The notes beneath the pieces are model-generated. The model was not told the origin of the DNA and made no database searches. It was given only the letters and a program-made list of their open reading frames with translations. From assembly GCA_963774265.1 (NCBI GenBank), contig CAVZDU010000001.1, forward strand, positions 1,088,001 through 1,152,000: a DNA stretch of 64,000 nucleotides. Reading direction: 5' to 3'. The DNA comes from an uncultured Chloroflexia bacterium (GTDB lineage: Bacteria; Chloroflexota; Anaerolineae; CG2-30-64-16). Position 1 is the stretch's first letter, and each line of letters starts with the position of its first letter. The translations under genes and the position numbers were made by a program. Shown in pieces: positions 8,965-20,692 of this stretch.

Positions 8965-10335
8965 GTGCCAGTGGTACGCATTTATCAGGCCGCGGAGGCG
9001 CGGCAAACAATCTTGCTCCGCAAGCCGTGGGAAGATCAGGAGATGCCGGACCGCGTCCTGGATGGGGTCGAGCGTATCTTCGGTGAGCGGCTGAGCCCAG
9101 CAGAGGCGGTGGCCCGCATCCTGCGTGACGTTCGCGTGCGCGGGGATGCGGCGCTGCGTGAGTGGTCGGCGCGCATCGATGGGCGATTACGGGACGCTCA
9201 ATTGGAGGTTCCGCGTGATGCCTGGGCCGAGGCCTATCATCGGCTGCCTACAGAACAGCGGGGGGCGCTCGACCTCGCCGCGGAGCGCGTGACAGCCTTC
9301 CACCGCAAGCAGCCGATGGACTCGTGGGTCGATTCGGGGCCGGATGGCACGTTAGGCCAGTTGATCCGGCCGCTCGACAGCGTCGGTGTCTATGTGCCCG
9401 GCGGCACCGCACCCCTGCCCTCTTCGTTGCTGATGGCCGCCATCCCGGCGCGTGTGGCCGGTGTGGGGCAGGTGATCGTGTGCACGCCGCCCGGCCGCGG
9501 TGGATCGTCCCAGAATCTTCAATCTTCAGTCTTCGATCAATACAATGTCCCCGACCTGATCCTGGCGGCCGCGCACGTGGCCCAGGTGGATCGGCTGTTT
9601 GCGCTGGGCGGGGCACAGGCGGTTGCTGCCATGGCCTATGGCACTGAGACCGTGCCCTCGGTGGACAAAATCGTCGGCGCGGGAGGGTTGTTCATCACCC
9701 TGGCCAAGCGACAGGTGATCGGCAGCGTTGGCATCGATGGTTTTTACGGCCCGACTGAGACGGTGGTTATCGCCGACGATAGCGCGGACCCGGCCTGGGT
9801 GGCCGCCGATCTGTTGGCGCAGGCCGAGCACGACGTCCTGGCTTCGCCCATCCTGCTGACCCCGTCCAGGACGCTTGCAGAGCGCGTCGCGGTACAACTG
9901 GCTGCCCAACTGGAGAACTTGAGCCGGGCCGTGATTGCTGCAACCTCCTTGCTCGCGCGAGGGGGCATTGTCCTCACGGCCGACCTGGCGGAAGCAGTGG
10001 TGCTGGCCAATGCGTACGCACCGGAGCACCTGTGCCTTCTTGTCAGGGATCCCTGGACGTTAGTGGGCCAGATTCGCAACGCGGGAGGCATCTTTGTTGG
10101 CGAGCACTCGTTCGAGGTGCTCGGCGATTATGTGGCCGGTCCGAGTCACGTCATGCCAACCGAAGGCAGCGCGCGCTACAGCAGCCCACTGAGCGTTGCG
10201 GACTTTGTCAAGCGCATCAGCCTGGTTGCCTTCGGCGCCGAGGCAGGCAGCCGGCTGGCCAAGGCGGCTGCGGTGCTGGCGCGCGGCGAGAGCCTGACTG
10301 CGCACGCTGCGGCGGCGGAAATGCGTGTCTATTGA
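8965..10335 (+). CDS. hisD: Histidinol dehydrogenase
   Basis: VGVYVPGG, GPTE, DLLAQAEHD, APEHL, GDYVAGPSHVMPT; GTG start after GGAGG. Confidence 0.95.
   Translation: MPVVRIYQAAEARQTILLRKPWEDQEMPDRVLDGVERIFGERLSPAEAVARILRDVRVRGDAALREWSARIDGRLRDAQLEVPRDAWAEAYHRLPTEQRGALDLAAERVTAFHRKQPMDSWVDSGPDGTLGQLIRPLDSVGVYVPGGTAPLPSSLLMAAIPARVAGVGQVIVCTPPGRGGSSQNLQSSVFDQYNVPDLILAAAHVAQVDRLFALGGAQAVAAMAYGTETVPSVDKIVGAGGLFITLAKRQVIGSVGIDGFYGPTETVVIADDSADPAWVAADLLAQAEHDVLASPILLTPSRTLAERVAVQLAAQLENLSRAVIAATSLLARGGIVLTADLAEAVVLANAYAPEHLCLLVRDPWTLVGQIRNAGGIFVGEHSFEVLGDYVAGPSHVMPTEGSARYSSPLSVADFVKRISLVAFGAEAGSRLAKAAAVLARGESLTAHAAAAEMRVY
9514..9538 (-). repeat. Heptamer array in reverse orientation, in frame inside hisD
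   Basis: aatc ttcaatc ttcagtc ttcgatc, translated as NLQSSVFD. Confidence 0.8.
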
Positions 10336-10360
10336 AGATTACAGATTGAAGATCGCAGAT
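10330..10360 (+). repeat. Heptamer array at the hisD-hisC junction
   Basis: tattgaa gattaca gattgaa gatcgca gat(g); contains the hisD TGA and abuts the hisC ATG. Confidence 0.9.
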
Positions 10361-11501
10361 GAGTGAATCGCGTTTTGCTGAGCTGTTGCGGCCGCATATC
10401 GCGGACATGGAAGGCTACACGCCGATCTTGCCGTTCGAGGTGCTCAGCCGGCAGTTGGGCCGCGCACCCGAAGAGATCGTCAAGCTGGACGCCAACGAGA
10501 ACCCCTACGGGCCAGCCGCTGCGGTCCGGGAGGCGCTCGCAGCGTATCCCTTCTTCCACATCTACCCCGACCCGGAGCAGCGAGAACTGCGTGCTGCGTT
10601 GGCGGAGTATACCGGCGTGCCGCCCGACAACATCCTGCCCGGTCACGGGGCAGATGAGCTGATTGACCTGCTCTGCCGGCTCACCCTGGGCCCCGGCGAC
10701 GCCGTCGTAGATTGCCCGCCTACCTTTGGCATGTATAGCTTCGACGCCGGGATAGCCGGCGCGGCTGTGACCCTGGTCTGGCGCCGGGCGGATTTCAGCG
10801 TCGATTGCGAAGGAATCAGCGAGGCAATCACAATCGGCGCGCACAGGGGCGAACGGCCGCTCGTCCCTACAATCGGTGTGCCAAAGCTGCTTTTCTTGAC
10901 CTCACCAAACAATCCGGATGGAAACCTGCTGCCGTTCGATACGCTGCTTCGGTTGCTGAGACTCCCCGTGCTTGTCATCGTAGACGAGGCCTATATCGAG
11001 TTTGCGGGTTTGGAGTTTTCTGTCGCTCACTGGGTGCTCGAGCACGATAACCTGATCGTCCTCCGCACCTTCAGCAAGTGGGCGGGCATCGCGGGGCTGC
11101 GGCTGGGCTATGGCATCTTCCCCACCTGGCTGATGCCGGCTCTGTGGAAGGCCAAGCAGCCGTATAATGTCAACGTGGCGGCGACGGTTGCAGGGCTGGC
11201 GTCGCTCAACCATCGGGCTGAGATCCAACCGACCGTGGAAGCACTCATCCGAGAGCGGGAGCGGCTACAGCGGGAATTGGGACGGGTGCCATTCCTTCAG
11301 CCGTACCCGAGCCGGGCCAACTTTGTCCTGTGCCGGGTGGTGGGGCGAGATGCGGCCGGCCTGAAAGCGGAACTGGCGGTCCAAGGCATCCTGGTGCGGC
11401 ACTACGCCAAACCCGGACTGGAGAACTGCATCCGGGTGAGCGTGGGAAAACCTGAGCAGACAGACGCGCTGCTGGCAGCATTGCGGCAAGTCGATGCGTA
11501 G
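10359..11501 (+). CDS. hisC: Histidinol-phosphate aminotransferase
   Basis: [37 protein letters not shown]. Confidence 0.95.
   Translation: MSESRFAELLRPHIADMEGYTPILPFEVLSRQLGRAPEEIVKLDANENPYGPAAAVREALAAYPFFHIYPDPEQRELRAALAEYTGVPPDNILPGHGADELIDLLCRLTLGPGDAVVDCPPTFGMYSFDAGIAGAAVTLVWRRADFSVDCEGISEAITIGAHRGERPLVPTIGVPKLLFLTSPNNPDGNLLPFDTLLRLLRLPVLVIVDEAYIEFAGLEFSVAHWVLEHDNLIVLRTFSKWAGIAGLRLGYGIFPTWLMPALWKAKQPYNVNVAATVAGLASLNHRAEIQPTVEALIRERERLQRELGRVPFLQPYPSRANFVLCRVVGRDAAGLKAELAVQGILVRHYAKPGLENCIRVSVGKPEQTDALLAALRQVDA
10830..10876. repeat. GTAG-type REP-like palindrome inserted in frame in hisC, flanked by ACAATCGG direct repeats
   Basis: acaatcgg-cgcgcacaggggcgaacggccgctcgtccct-acaatcgg; 39-bp offset. 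Confidence 0.65.
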
Positions 11502-11527
11502 GGGCGACCGGCTGCTCGCCCCCACGC
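11496..11527. repeat. GTAG-type REP-like palindrome at the hisC-hisB junction
   Basis: GCGTAGGGGCGA-ccggctgc-TCGCCCCCACGC; its TAG is the hisC stop. Confidence 0.7.
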
Positions 11528-11545
11528 CAGAAATACGGAGGAACC

Positions 11546-12133
11546 ATGCGTTCTGCGACGATAGATCGAACGACCGGCGAGACCGAGATTCATTTGACCC
11601 TGGGGTTGGATGGCCGAGGGCGAGCGAAGGTGAATACCGGCGTGGGATTCTTGGACCACATGTTGGCGTTGTTCGCCCACCATGGCCTGTTTGACCTGAC
11701 CGTCGAGGCCAAGGGCGACCTGCAGGTGGATGCACATCACACTGTCGAGGATACTGCAATCTGCCTGGGCCAGGCGCTGGACCGGGCACTGGAAAATCGC
11801 GGCGGCATCGTGCGAACGGCGCACAGCTATGTGCCGATGGACGAGGCGCTGGGCTTCGTGGCTGTAGATCTCAGCGGCCGGCCCTACGCGGTCGTGGACG
11901 TGACCTGGCATGGTTCCACGCTGGGCGGTATGGATGCTGACCTGGTGCATCACTTCCTGGAGACGATGGCCACGCACGGCCGGCTGAACCTGCACGCGCG
12001 TGTCCTCTACGGCCACAACGACCATCATCAGGCGGAGGCCCTGTTCAAGGCGCTCGGGCGCAGCCTTGACGTGGCGACCTCGGTGGACCCGCGGCGGCAG
12101 GGTGTGCCTTCCACCAAGGGGATGCTGGCGTGA
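11546..12133 (+). CDS. hisB: Imidazoleglycerol-phosphate dehydratase
   Basis: [30 protein letters not shown]. Confidence 0.96.
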   Translation: MRSATIDRTTGETEIHLTLGLDGRGRAKVNTGVGFLDHMLALFAHHGLFDLTVEAKGDLQVDAHHTVEDTAICLGQALDRALENRGGIVRTAHSYVPMDEALGFVAVDLSGRPYAVVDVTWHGSTLGGMDADLVHHFLETMATHGRLNLHARVLYGHNDHHQAEALFKALGRSLDVATSVDPRRQGVPSTKGMLA

Positions 12134-12138
12134 TGGGC

Positions 12139-12178
12139 GGTTGAAGATTGAGGATTGAAGATTGAAGATTGAAGACCC
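12139..12178 (+). repeat. Heptamer array at the hisB-hisH junction
   Basis: ggttgaa gattgag gattgaa gattgaa gattgaa gaccc. Confidence 0.9.
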
Positions 12179-12863
12179 GACGGAGGAGCCCTGGATCGCC
12201 GTTGTTGACTATGGCGTAGGGAACCTGCGCAATGTGTACAAGGCGCTGGAGGCTGTTGGCGCGCCGGCGCGGATCGTCACGTCGCCCGCTGGGCTGCGGG
12301 GGGCGGCGGGGATCGTGCTGCCAGGGGTCGGTGCTTTCGGCGATGCTGCCGCGAACTTGCGCAGCGCCGGCTTCGAGGCGCCCCTACACGTCGCCATGGA
12401 CGCGGGAACGCCGTTGCTGGGCATCTGCGTGGGAATGCAGTTGTTATTCGATGAGAGCGAGGAGATGGGACAGCACACCGGATTGGGCGTGATCCCGGGG
12501 CGCGTCCTGCGCTTCGCCGCCGACATGCGCGGGCCGGACGGCGGGCCTGCGGGCCGAGCGCTCAAGGTGCCGCAGATCGGCTGGAACCAGCTCCACCACC
12601 GCGGGACGGATCCACTGCTGGCCGACGTTCCCGATGGCGCCTACGCATACTTCGTGCATTCTTACTTCTGTGCGCCGCTGGATGCCACATCCATCCTGGC
12701 GACGACCGATTTCGGGACAGATTATGCCTCCGTGGTGCGTCGCGACAACGTCTGGGGCATCCAATGCCACCCCGAGAAGAGCCAGGCGGTGGGGCTGCAG
12801 ATTTTGCGGAACTTCGTGGCGATCGCTATGGGTGAAACTGAGGAAGGGAGTCGAAGGGGAAAA
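12162..12863 (+). CDS. hisH: Imidazole glycerol phosphate synthase glutaminase subunit (reads in frame into hisA; start uncertain)
   Basis: [35 protein letters not shown]; no in-frame stop before hisA. Confidence 0.9.
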
Positions 12864-13646
12864 GTGACGATTATCATCTACCCGGCCATCGATCTGCGCG
12901 GCGGCCAGGTAGTGCGTCTGCGGCAGGGCGATCCGGCTGCACAGACCACCTATGGCGACGATCCTGCTGCGGCAGCGCGGCGTTGGGCCGAGCAAGGCGC
13001 TGAGTGGCTGCACGTGGTCAATCTGGACGGCGCGTTTGCCGGTGAGGCGACCGCCAGGCCTTCGAAGTCTGACAAGACCTCAAAAACCTTTGCGTTGCCC
13101 CTCAACCTGCAGCGGCTCGCTGAGATTCGCGCTGCGATGACGCTGCCGATCCAGTTCGGCGGCGGAATGCGGACATTGGCCGATGTGGCATTGGGACTGG
13201 AACTCGGCGCAACGCGCATCGTGCTGGGCACGGTTGCCGTCCGCGAGCCGGAGATCGTGGGCGAGGCTGTCAGACGATTCGGCAGCGATCGGATCGTCGT
13301 CGGCATTGATGCGCGTGACGGTCTGGTGGCGACGCATGGCTGGCAAGAGACCTCTGCACTGGACACGCTGACCGTGGCTCTGCGTATGCATGACCTGGGC
13401 GTCCAGCGGATCGTCTACACCGACATCGCCCGCGACGGCACCTTGTCCGGGGTCAACGTGTCAGCCACGGCGGCGCTGGCCCGAGGGAGCGGACTGAAGG
13501 TTATCGCCAGCGGCGGCGTCGCTTCCCTGGCCGACATCCGTGCCCTTGCCGGCTTCAAAGCCGACGGCATCGAGGGCGTGATCGTGGGGCAGGCGCTGTA
13601 CACCGGGGCGATCGATCTGCGCGAAGCGATTGCCGCGGGTAGATAG
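12864..13646 (+). CDS. hisA: ProFAR isomerase
   Basis: [36 protein letters not shown]; GTG after AAGGGGA. Confidence 0.93.
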   Translation: MTIIIYPAIDLRGGQVVRLRQGDPAAQTTYGDDPAAAARRWAEQGAEWLHVVNLDGAFAGEATARPSKSDKTSKTFALPLNLQRLAEIRAAMTLPIQFGGGMRTLADVALGLELGATRIVLGTVAVREPEIVGEAVRRFGSDRIVVGIDARDGLVATHGWQETSALDTLTVALRMHDLGVQRIVYTDIARDGTLSGVNVSATAALARGSGLKVIASGGVASLADIRALAGFKADGIEGVIVGQALYTGAIDLREAIAAGR

Positions 13647-13660
13647 CCCGAGGTTAGGTT

Positions 13661-14422
13661 ATGCTTGCGAAACGCATCATCCCTTGTCTCGACATCAAAA
13701 ACGGCCGCGTCGTCAAGGGTGTCAACTTCCTGGAACTGCGCGACGCCGGCGATCCGGTGGAGCAGGCGCAGGTGTATGATCATGAAGGGGCCGACGAGCT
13801 GGTCTTCCTGGACATCACCGCCAGCCACGAGCGTCGCGACATCGTGATCGACATGGTGCGCCGCGTGGCCGATACCGTTTTCATCCCCTTTACGGTGGGT
13901 GGCGGCATTCGCACGGTGGATGACATGCGCGCCCTGCTGCTGGCAGGCGCGGACAAAGTCTCTATCAACTCGCCGGCGGTCCGCACACCCGAGCTGGTGA
14001 CCGCGGGGGCGACCCGCTTCGGCAGCCAGTGCGTCGTCGTCGCCATCGACGGGAAGTGGCAGGGCGATCACTGGGAGGTGTTCATTGACGGCGGACGGGT
14101 GCCTACCGGGCTCGATGTGGTGGATTGGAGCCGGCGGGTCGAGCAGCTGGGCGCCGGCGAGATCCTGCTGACCAGCATGGACACAGACGGAACCCAGCGC
14201 GGATTTGACCTGCCGATGCTGGCCGCGGTGAGTGAAGCCGTATCGATCCCGGTGATCGCCTCGGGCGGGGCAGGCGAGCCAGCGCATTTCTACGATGCGT
14301 TGACAAAGGGCGGGGCCGATGCGGCCCTGGCTGCATCGTTGTTTCACTACCGGATGCTTTCCGTGGGTCAAGTCAAAGCGTACCTCGCAGAACGCGGCGT
14401 GCCGGTGCGACAAACAGCATAA
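13661..14422 (+). CDS. hisF: Imidazole glycerol phosphate synthase cyclase subunit
   Basis: [33 protein letters not shown]. Confidence 0.97.
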   Translation: MLAKRIIPCLDIKNGRVVKGVNFLELRDAGDPVEQAQVYDHEGADELVFLDITASHERRDIVIDMVRRVADTVFIPFTVGGGIRTVDDMRALLLAGADKVSINSPAVRTPELVTAGATRFGSQCVVVAIDGKWQGDHWEVFIDGGRVPTGLDVVDWSRRVEQLGAGEILLTSMDTDGTQRGFDLPMLAAVSEAVSIPVIASGGAGEPAHFYDALTKGGADAALAASLFHYRMLSVGQVKAYLAERGVPVRQTA

Positions 14423-14441
14423 AGGGAGATGTGAACAGCTC

Positions 14442-14723
14442 ATGAGCGAAGTCCTACAGAGTCTGTGGCACACCATTGAGGAGCGGAAGAGCAACCCGCC
14501 GGCAGGATCATATACCGCAAAGCTGTTCGCGGCCGGCTTGCCGCGTATCGCGCAAAAGGTAGGTGAAGAAGGCGTCGAGACGGTCGTTGCCGGCCTCAGC
14601 CAGGGGGATGATCGGGTCATCGCCGAGATGGCCGACCTGGTCTATCATTGCATGGTGTTGTTGGCGGCCAGGAACCTGAGCTGGGACGCTGTGGAAAAAG
14701 AACTGGCCCAGCGGTTCAGATAG
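14442..14723 (+). CDS. hisE: Phosphoribosyl-ATP pyrophosphatase
   Basis: SYTAKL, KVGEEGVE, EMADLVYH. Confidence 0.93.
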   Translation: MSEVLQSLWHTIEERKSNPPAGSYTAKLFAAGLPRIAQKVGEEGVETVVAGLSQGDDRVIAEMADLVYHCMVLLAARNLSWDAVEKELAQRFR

Positions 14724-14762
14724 GCATGCGACACTTCACAGCTCGCGCAGGATTTCTTCGCC

Positions 14763-14795
14763 AAATCTTCAATCTGTGATCTTCAATCTTCAGCC
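14763..14795 (-). repeat. Heptamer array supplying the stop codon of the 69-aa gene
   Basis: Minus strand ggctgaa gattgaa gatcaca gattgaa gattt. Confidence 0.85.
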
Positions 14796-14999
14796 GTCAC
14801 TCTCCTCACTGACCACCGACAGGAGATGTAGGCCGAGATCGCGAAGCATGGTAAGCACCCCGTACAGCGCGGCCTGATCGACGACGACCCCGGACAGGAT
14901 CGTCTCGCCCTCGCCGGTACAGGTCATGCTCAGCCCGGCGAACCAGGCGGACCAGTCCTCATCGATGCGTCCTTTGACGCGAATCTCGACGGTGTGCAT
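14790..14999 (-). CDS. Small conserved hypothetical protein ('EIRVKG...WF...DQAALYG...RDLGL' domain; possible ACT/ferredoxin-like fold)
   Basis: 69 aa; clearly paralogous to the N-terminus of 30380-31114; last gene of the export operon. Confidence 0.8.
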   Translation of the reverse strand: MHTVEIRVKGRIDEDWSAWFAGLSMTCTGEGETILSGVVVDQAALYGVLTMLRDLGLHLLSVVSEESDG

Positions 15000-15006
15000 C
15001 GTTCGC

Positions 15007-16317
15007 CTACTCGATCGTCACCGTGGCGGTCATGTTCCAGCGGAGGCGCTCCTCGTAATTGTCGGGCTGGACGACCACGGTGTAGGTCATCTCGCCCTGC
15101 TTCTTGGCGCCCATCGGTTTGATTCGGACGACCTTGCCGGTCAACGTCACCCCGGGCAGCGCATCGAACTCCAGGTTCACCGGCGCGCCTTCTTTGACCT
15201 TGACCACATCCAGCTCGGTCAGGTCGTCGGTCTCGATGTGCCAGGCCGCAGAGATCGGCCAGCTGCATCACCGGCGTCCCCGCCAGGATCTGTTCCCCGA
15301 CCACCGGCGCGATCTCGGCCACCGTCCCGGCGAAGGGCGCCTTCAACTCGGCATCGCTCAAGGCCGGCGCGGGCCTCCTTCAGGCTGGCTTGCGCCGCAG
15401 GCCAGGTTCGCCTCGGCCGCCTGCACGGTCTCCGATCGGGCGCCCGCTTGCAGCAGGTCGAACTGCGCCTGGGCGCGGCGGAGCTCCGCCTCGGCCGCCG
15501 CCAGGTCGTCGGTCCGCGCCGGGGCGCTGAGACTGGCGAGCTGGGCCTGCGCCTGGCGCACCTGCGCCCGCGCCGCCGCCAGGTCGCCGGGCCGCGCGCC
15601 GCGTTTCACATCCTCCAGCCGGGCCCTGGCCGCATTGTAGGCGTTCGTCGCTTGTTCCAGCGCCAAGGCTTCGGGCCGGCGGCCAATATCGGACGAGCCG
15701 GCCACGGCGTCATAGACTGCCTGGGCCTGGCGGAGCGCCGCCTCCGCATTGGCCAGGTCGGCGGTGGCCGCGATCACCTGGGGTTGGGTGGCGCCTTCCC
15801 GGACTTGCTGCAGGTTGGCGGTCGCACCATCCACCACGGCCTGGGCCGCGGCAATGTCTTCCGGCTTCGCACCGGCTTTGATCATGGCCACCTGGCCCGC
15901 GGCCGCGTCGACGGCCGCCTGGGCGCTCTGGAGCTCCTCGGCCCGCGCGCCGGCCGTGAGCTCGTCCAGCTGGGCCTGGCTGCGTGCGACGCCCGCCTCG
16001 GCCTGGGCGACGGCCGCCTCCAGGCGCCCTTGCTGCAGGCGCAATAGGGGCTGGCCCGCCGCAACCTGCTCTCCCTCCGCCACGAGCACCTCCCCCACGA
16101 TGCCGCTGACCGGCATGCTGAGCGAGGCCTCCAGGGCCGGCACGACCACGCCGTCGGCCACGACCTTGTCGGGCGCACGCACAGGCTGCGGAGTCGCAGT
16201 TGGCGCTGCGCTGCCCGCGGCCGGTGCACCGCCGGTGCATCCCGCCAAGGCGATCAACAAGCCGAGCAGCGCCAAAAGAACCCCCCACTTGCGTACGAAT
16301 ACAGAGAATCCACACAT
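15007..16317 (-). CDS. HlyD/RND-MFP periplasmic adaptor lipoprotein (frameshifts near 15360 and 15250)
   Basis: LAGC lipobox, GIVGEVLVAEGEQV lipoyl-like motif, coiled coil, LKAPFAGTV, LRWNMTA. Confidence 0.85.
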
Positions 16318-16333
16318 TGCCTGCCTCCGTTAG

Positions 16334-16447
16334 GATTGTGGATTGAAGATGAAAGATTGAAGACCCAGCACCGTTGGTCCGGGGCAGATATTGCATGTTC
16401 GACGTTGTAATCTTCAATCTTCAATCTTCAATCGTCAATCGTCATTT
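16334..16447. repeat. Inverted pair of heptamer arrays (16334-16366 forward, 16406-16447 reverse)
   Basis: gattgtg gattgaa gatgaaa gattgaa gaccc ... tgtaatc ttcaatc ttcaatc ttcaatc gtcaatc gtcattt. Confidence 0.9.
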
Positions 16448-16453
16448 CTGTAC

Positions 16454-18907
16454 CTATTCGTTGTAGGCCAGCACCTGGCGCACGCTGAGATTGGCAGCCT
16501 GCTGCGCCGGGGAATAGCTGGCCACGGCCGAGATCACGATCACCAACCCCAGCCACAACAGCACGCCGGTCATGGATACGATATAGGTCAACGTGATGTT
16601 CATGGTGACTTTGCCGACGACCTGGCCGATCACTTTGCCCAGGGGGTAGGCCAGCAGCACCCCGACCACCCAGCTCAGCAACCCGATCAGCACGCCCTCG
16701 ACGATCACGACCTGCAGCATGGCCCCGTGACCGGCGCCGATGGCGCGCAGGATGCCGACCTCGCGGATACGCTCCAGCACATTCAGGCTCATGGTGCCGG
16801 CCAACCCGATGCCGCCGACGAAGGCCAGGAGGACGGCCATGCTCATGAGCAGGTTGGTCACGATGCCGAACAGCGTCCCAGCGCTGCTGCGCATCTGGTC
16901 GATGGTCTGCACATAACTGACCTCAAGGCCGGCCTCGACGAACCGGGCTTGCAGCGCCTCGGCGATCTGGACGCGCTGAGGCCGCGTCGTGGCGGTCGGT
17001 CATTATCATGAGAGAGCTGACCCGGCCCGGCGTGCCGAAGCGAGGAGCCAGGTACTCGTAGTTTGTATACCCGATAGCCTGAGGCAGAGCCCAGCGCATC
17101 ACGCCTACGATCTGCCAGGTGGTCTCGTCGCCACTGATCTCCAGGACCAGTTCGTCGCCCACCTTGAGATCCGGCTCTTCAGTCAAAAAGTTGGCGCTCA
17201 CTACCAGGGCGTTCTCGTCGTCGGGCGTGAGCCATCGTCCCTCCGCCAGCATCGGGCTGACCATCTTGCTGTCCGCGGGCGGGGCATTAATCGCCGATAT
17301 CTGTGCCATCGCTGCCGTCGGGGCGGATGCGGTAGCCTCCGGCGCCGCCCCACCCCTCCACGCGCTCGACGCCCGGGACACTGGCGGCGATCGACTCCAG
17401 CAGGCTCAGGCGGTAGTCCTGGTTGAGCCCCACCTGGGCATCACCGGCAAAGTATCGAAAGACATCGTCTACGGTTCGCTGGAGAGACGTGCGCACGTTC
17501 ATCACAGCGACGAAGGTGGCGCCGGCCAGGGAGAGGGTGAACAGGGTCAGCATCAGGCGGCCCTTGTTGCGAAAGGTGTTTCTGACCGACAAGGCGATCG
17601 GGGCCGGCAGGCCCGTCAGGCCCTTTATGAAGCGATCGAACCGGCTGCGGCCAAACTCGTTGCCGGTCACACCGTAACTGGTGATCGCCTCCCGCACGGT
17701 CACCCCGCAGCCGGACAGGATGGGTATCAGCCCGGCTCCCAGCGGCACGAGTATGGCGAGTGCCGCCTGGAACAGCAGCACCGGGAGTGAAACGCTGAAC
17801 TCAGGCAGGTTGAAGTCGAGCAGGTAGGCCATGAGGTTGATGATCCAGCGGCCGGCCCAGTTCGCGAGCGGCACGGCAATGGCCAGCGCAGCCAGGCCAA
17901 ACAGGACCACCATGCCCAGGTACAGCGGGACGATCTGGCGGGTTTGGGCACCGATTGCCTTCATCACCCCGATCTGGCGCGTCTGCTGCGCCAGCAGCGC
18001 CGAGATGGTGTTGACGAGCAGCAATACGCTGAGCAGCAGGGAGAAGACACCGAGCGCAGCGAGCAGGGCGACCAGGCCCTGATAGAGGGCGTCCTGCGGC
18101 AGTTTGCCGGGCGTGGGTATGTCTATCCGTGTCACCTCCAGCCCGCTTCTGTTCAATTGGCGCTCGACCGTTACGGCCACCTCATCGATGTGGTCTACAT
18201 CGGTATTGGTCACCTGTCACCCGCACGAGCAGGTGGTCATAGGTGCGCGGATAGCCGAGCCATTCCATCGTGTCAAAGGTCACGTAGCCATAGGCGCTGC
18301 CCGTCCAGGGGGCAGAACCGTGCACGCTGTCGTAGACCATGCCGGCCATCGTCACTTTGCGGTTGATGCCGGACGGCGTTTCGACCAACAAGGTGTCGCC
18401 CTGCCTTGCGTTGGGTGTCAGGCCCATCGGGACGCCGGGCAGCTGTGAGGTGCGCTCGATCAGGATCTGCCGCTCAGGGGGAGGGTAGACGCCCGGGCTG
18501 GGCCAGCGTTCGGGGTCGGGGCCAAAGGCTTCCTCGCGCTGCAGAATGCCGATCCGTATGTTCTCGTAGTCCGATACGGCGTACAGACGCATGGGATACC
18601 AGGTCTCGGATTGGGGATGCTGAAACATGACCATGATCTGCCGGCGGCCTTCCGCCTCGGCTATCTGCGGCAGGCGCCTGATGACCTCTACCAGCTCGTC
18701 ATCGAAGGATCCGTCGACATAGAGGATTGCGTTGGGCGGGTTGGCGGCCTCGTAGCTGACCACCATTTGGTTGGCGACGATGTCCCTCATGATGGCCACC
18801 GTGCCCACCGCGAAGACGCCTACCGCGATGGAGAGGATCACGAGCACGGTGCGGCGCTTGTTGCGCCAGATGTCCCGCCAGGATCTTGCGCCAGCGTGGG
18901 CTAATCA

Positions 18908-18908
<1 letters not shown>
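16454..18908 (-). CDS. FtsX/MacB-like ABC transporter permease (several frameshifts)
   Basis: PRWRKIL...RTVLVILSIAVG, RQIGVMKAIGA and REVGILRAIGA (two FtsX domains) spread over four ORF pieces. Confidence 0.85.
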
Positions 18909-20095
<1,187 letters not shown>

Positions 20096-20114
20096 AGTAG
20101 AGCCCCCTACCCGC

Positions 20115-20564
20115 TCAAAGCTGTGGGCTTTCGTCGTACTCCTCGCCAGTGCGGCTCGCGGCGAGCTGTCCGCCGAGCCAGCCTCCAACGATGGCCAACA
20201 CGGCATGGATCCCCATGCCCAGGTCGGGCCCCCACGAGAAGGCTCGCCAGGCCGCAACCAGGATGGCCAGCAAGACGCCGGTGATGAGACCGGCCTTGAG
20301 ATGGTCGCTCTCCGCGTCCCGCGCGGCCATCCGTCCGCCAATGAAGCCTCCCAGCAAGATGAGCAGCGCGGCCAAGATCTGGAAAGGCAGGCTCTTGATG
20401 GCGGCGATCATCTGATCCTGAGGCGGCATCCCACGCGCCTGGAAGCCCAGCACTACGCCATAGATGGTCTGCAGGATCAGGTTGCCCACGACGCCGATGA
20501 GAAAGCCGACGAGCGTGCCGATGACGACGCGCCCCCATTTCACGGACGAAGAACCGGACGACAT
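20115..20564 (-). CDS. Small four-helix membrane protein
   Basis: Hydrophobic Gly-rich helices; GAGGAGG RBS; first gene of the export operon. Confidence 0.75.
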   Translation of the reverse strand: MSSGSSSVKWGRVVIGTLVGFLIGVVGNLILQTIYGVVLGFQARGMPPQDQMIAAIKSLPFQILAALLILLGGFIGGRMAARDAESDHLKAGLITGVLLAILVAAWRAFSWGPDLGMGIHAVLAIVGGWLGGQLAASRTGEEYDESPQL

Positions 20565-20603
20565 CCTGGACCTCCTCGAATATGCGATGTAATATTTGCT
20601 ATC

Positions 20604-20672
20604 ATTATGGCAACGAAGGAGGGGCGCGTCATGACCCGTGAAGGGTGATCTGCGGGTAATCTTGTGGGTGCA
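20604..20672 (-). promoter_or_regulatory. Putative activator-dependent promoter with palindromic box 1
   Basis: Minus strand TGCACCC..ATTACCC..ATCACCCTTCACGGGTC-ATGACG, 17 bp, CATAAT. Confidence 0.6.
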
Positions 20673-20692
20673 CTTGCACTATAGGGTAGGAT

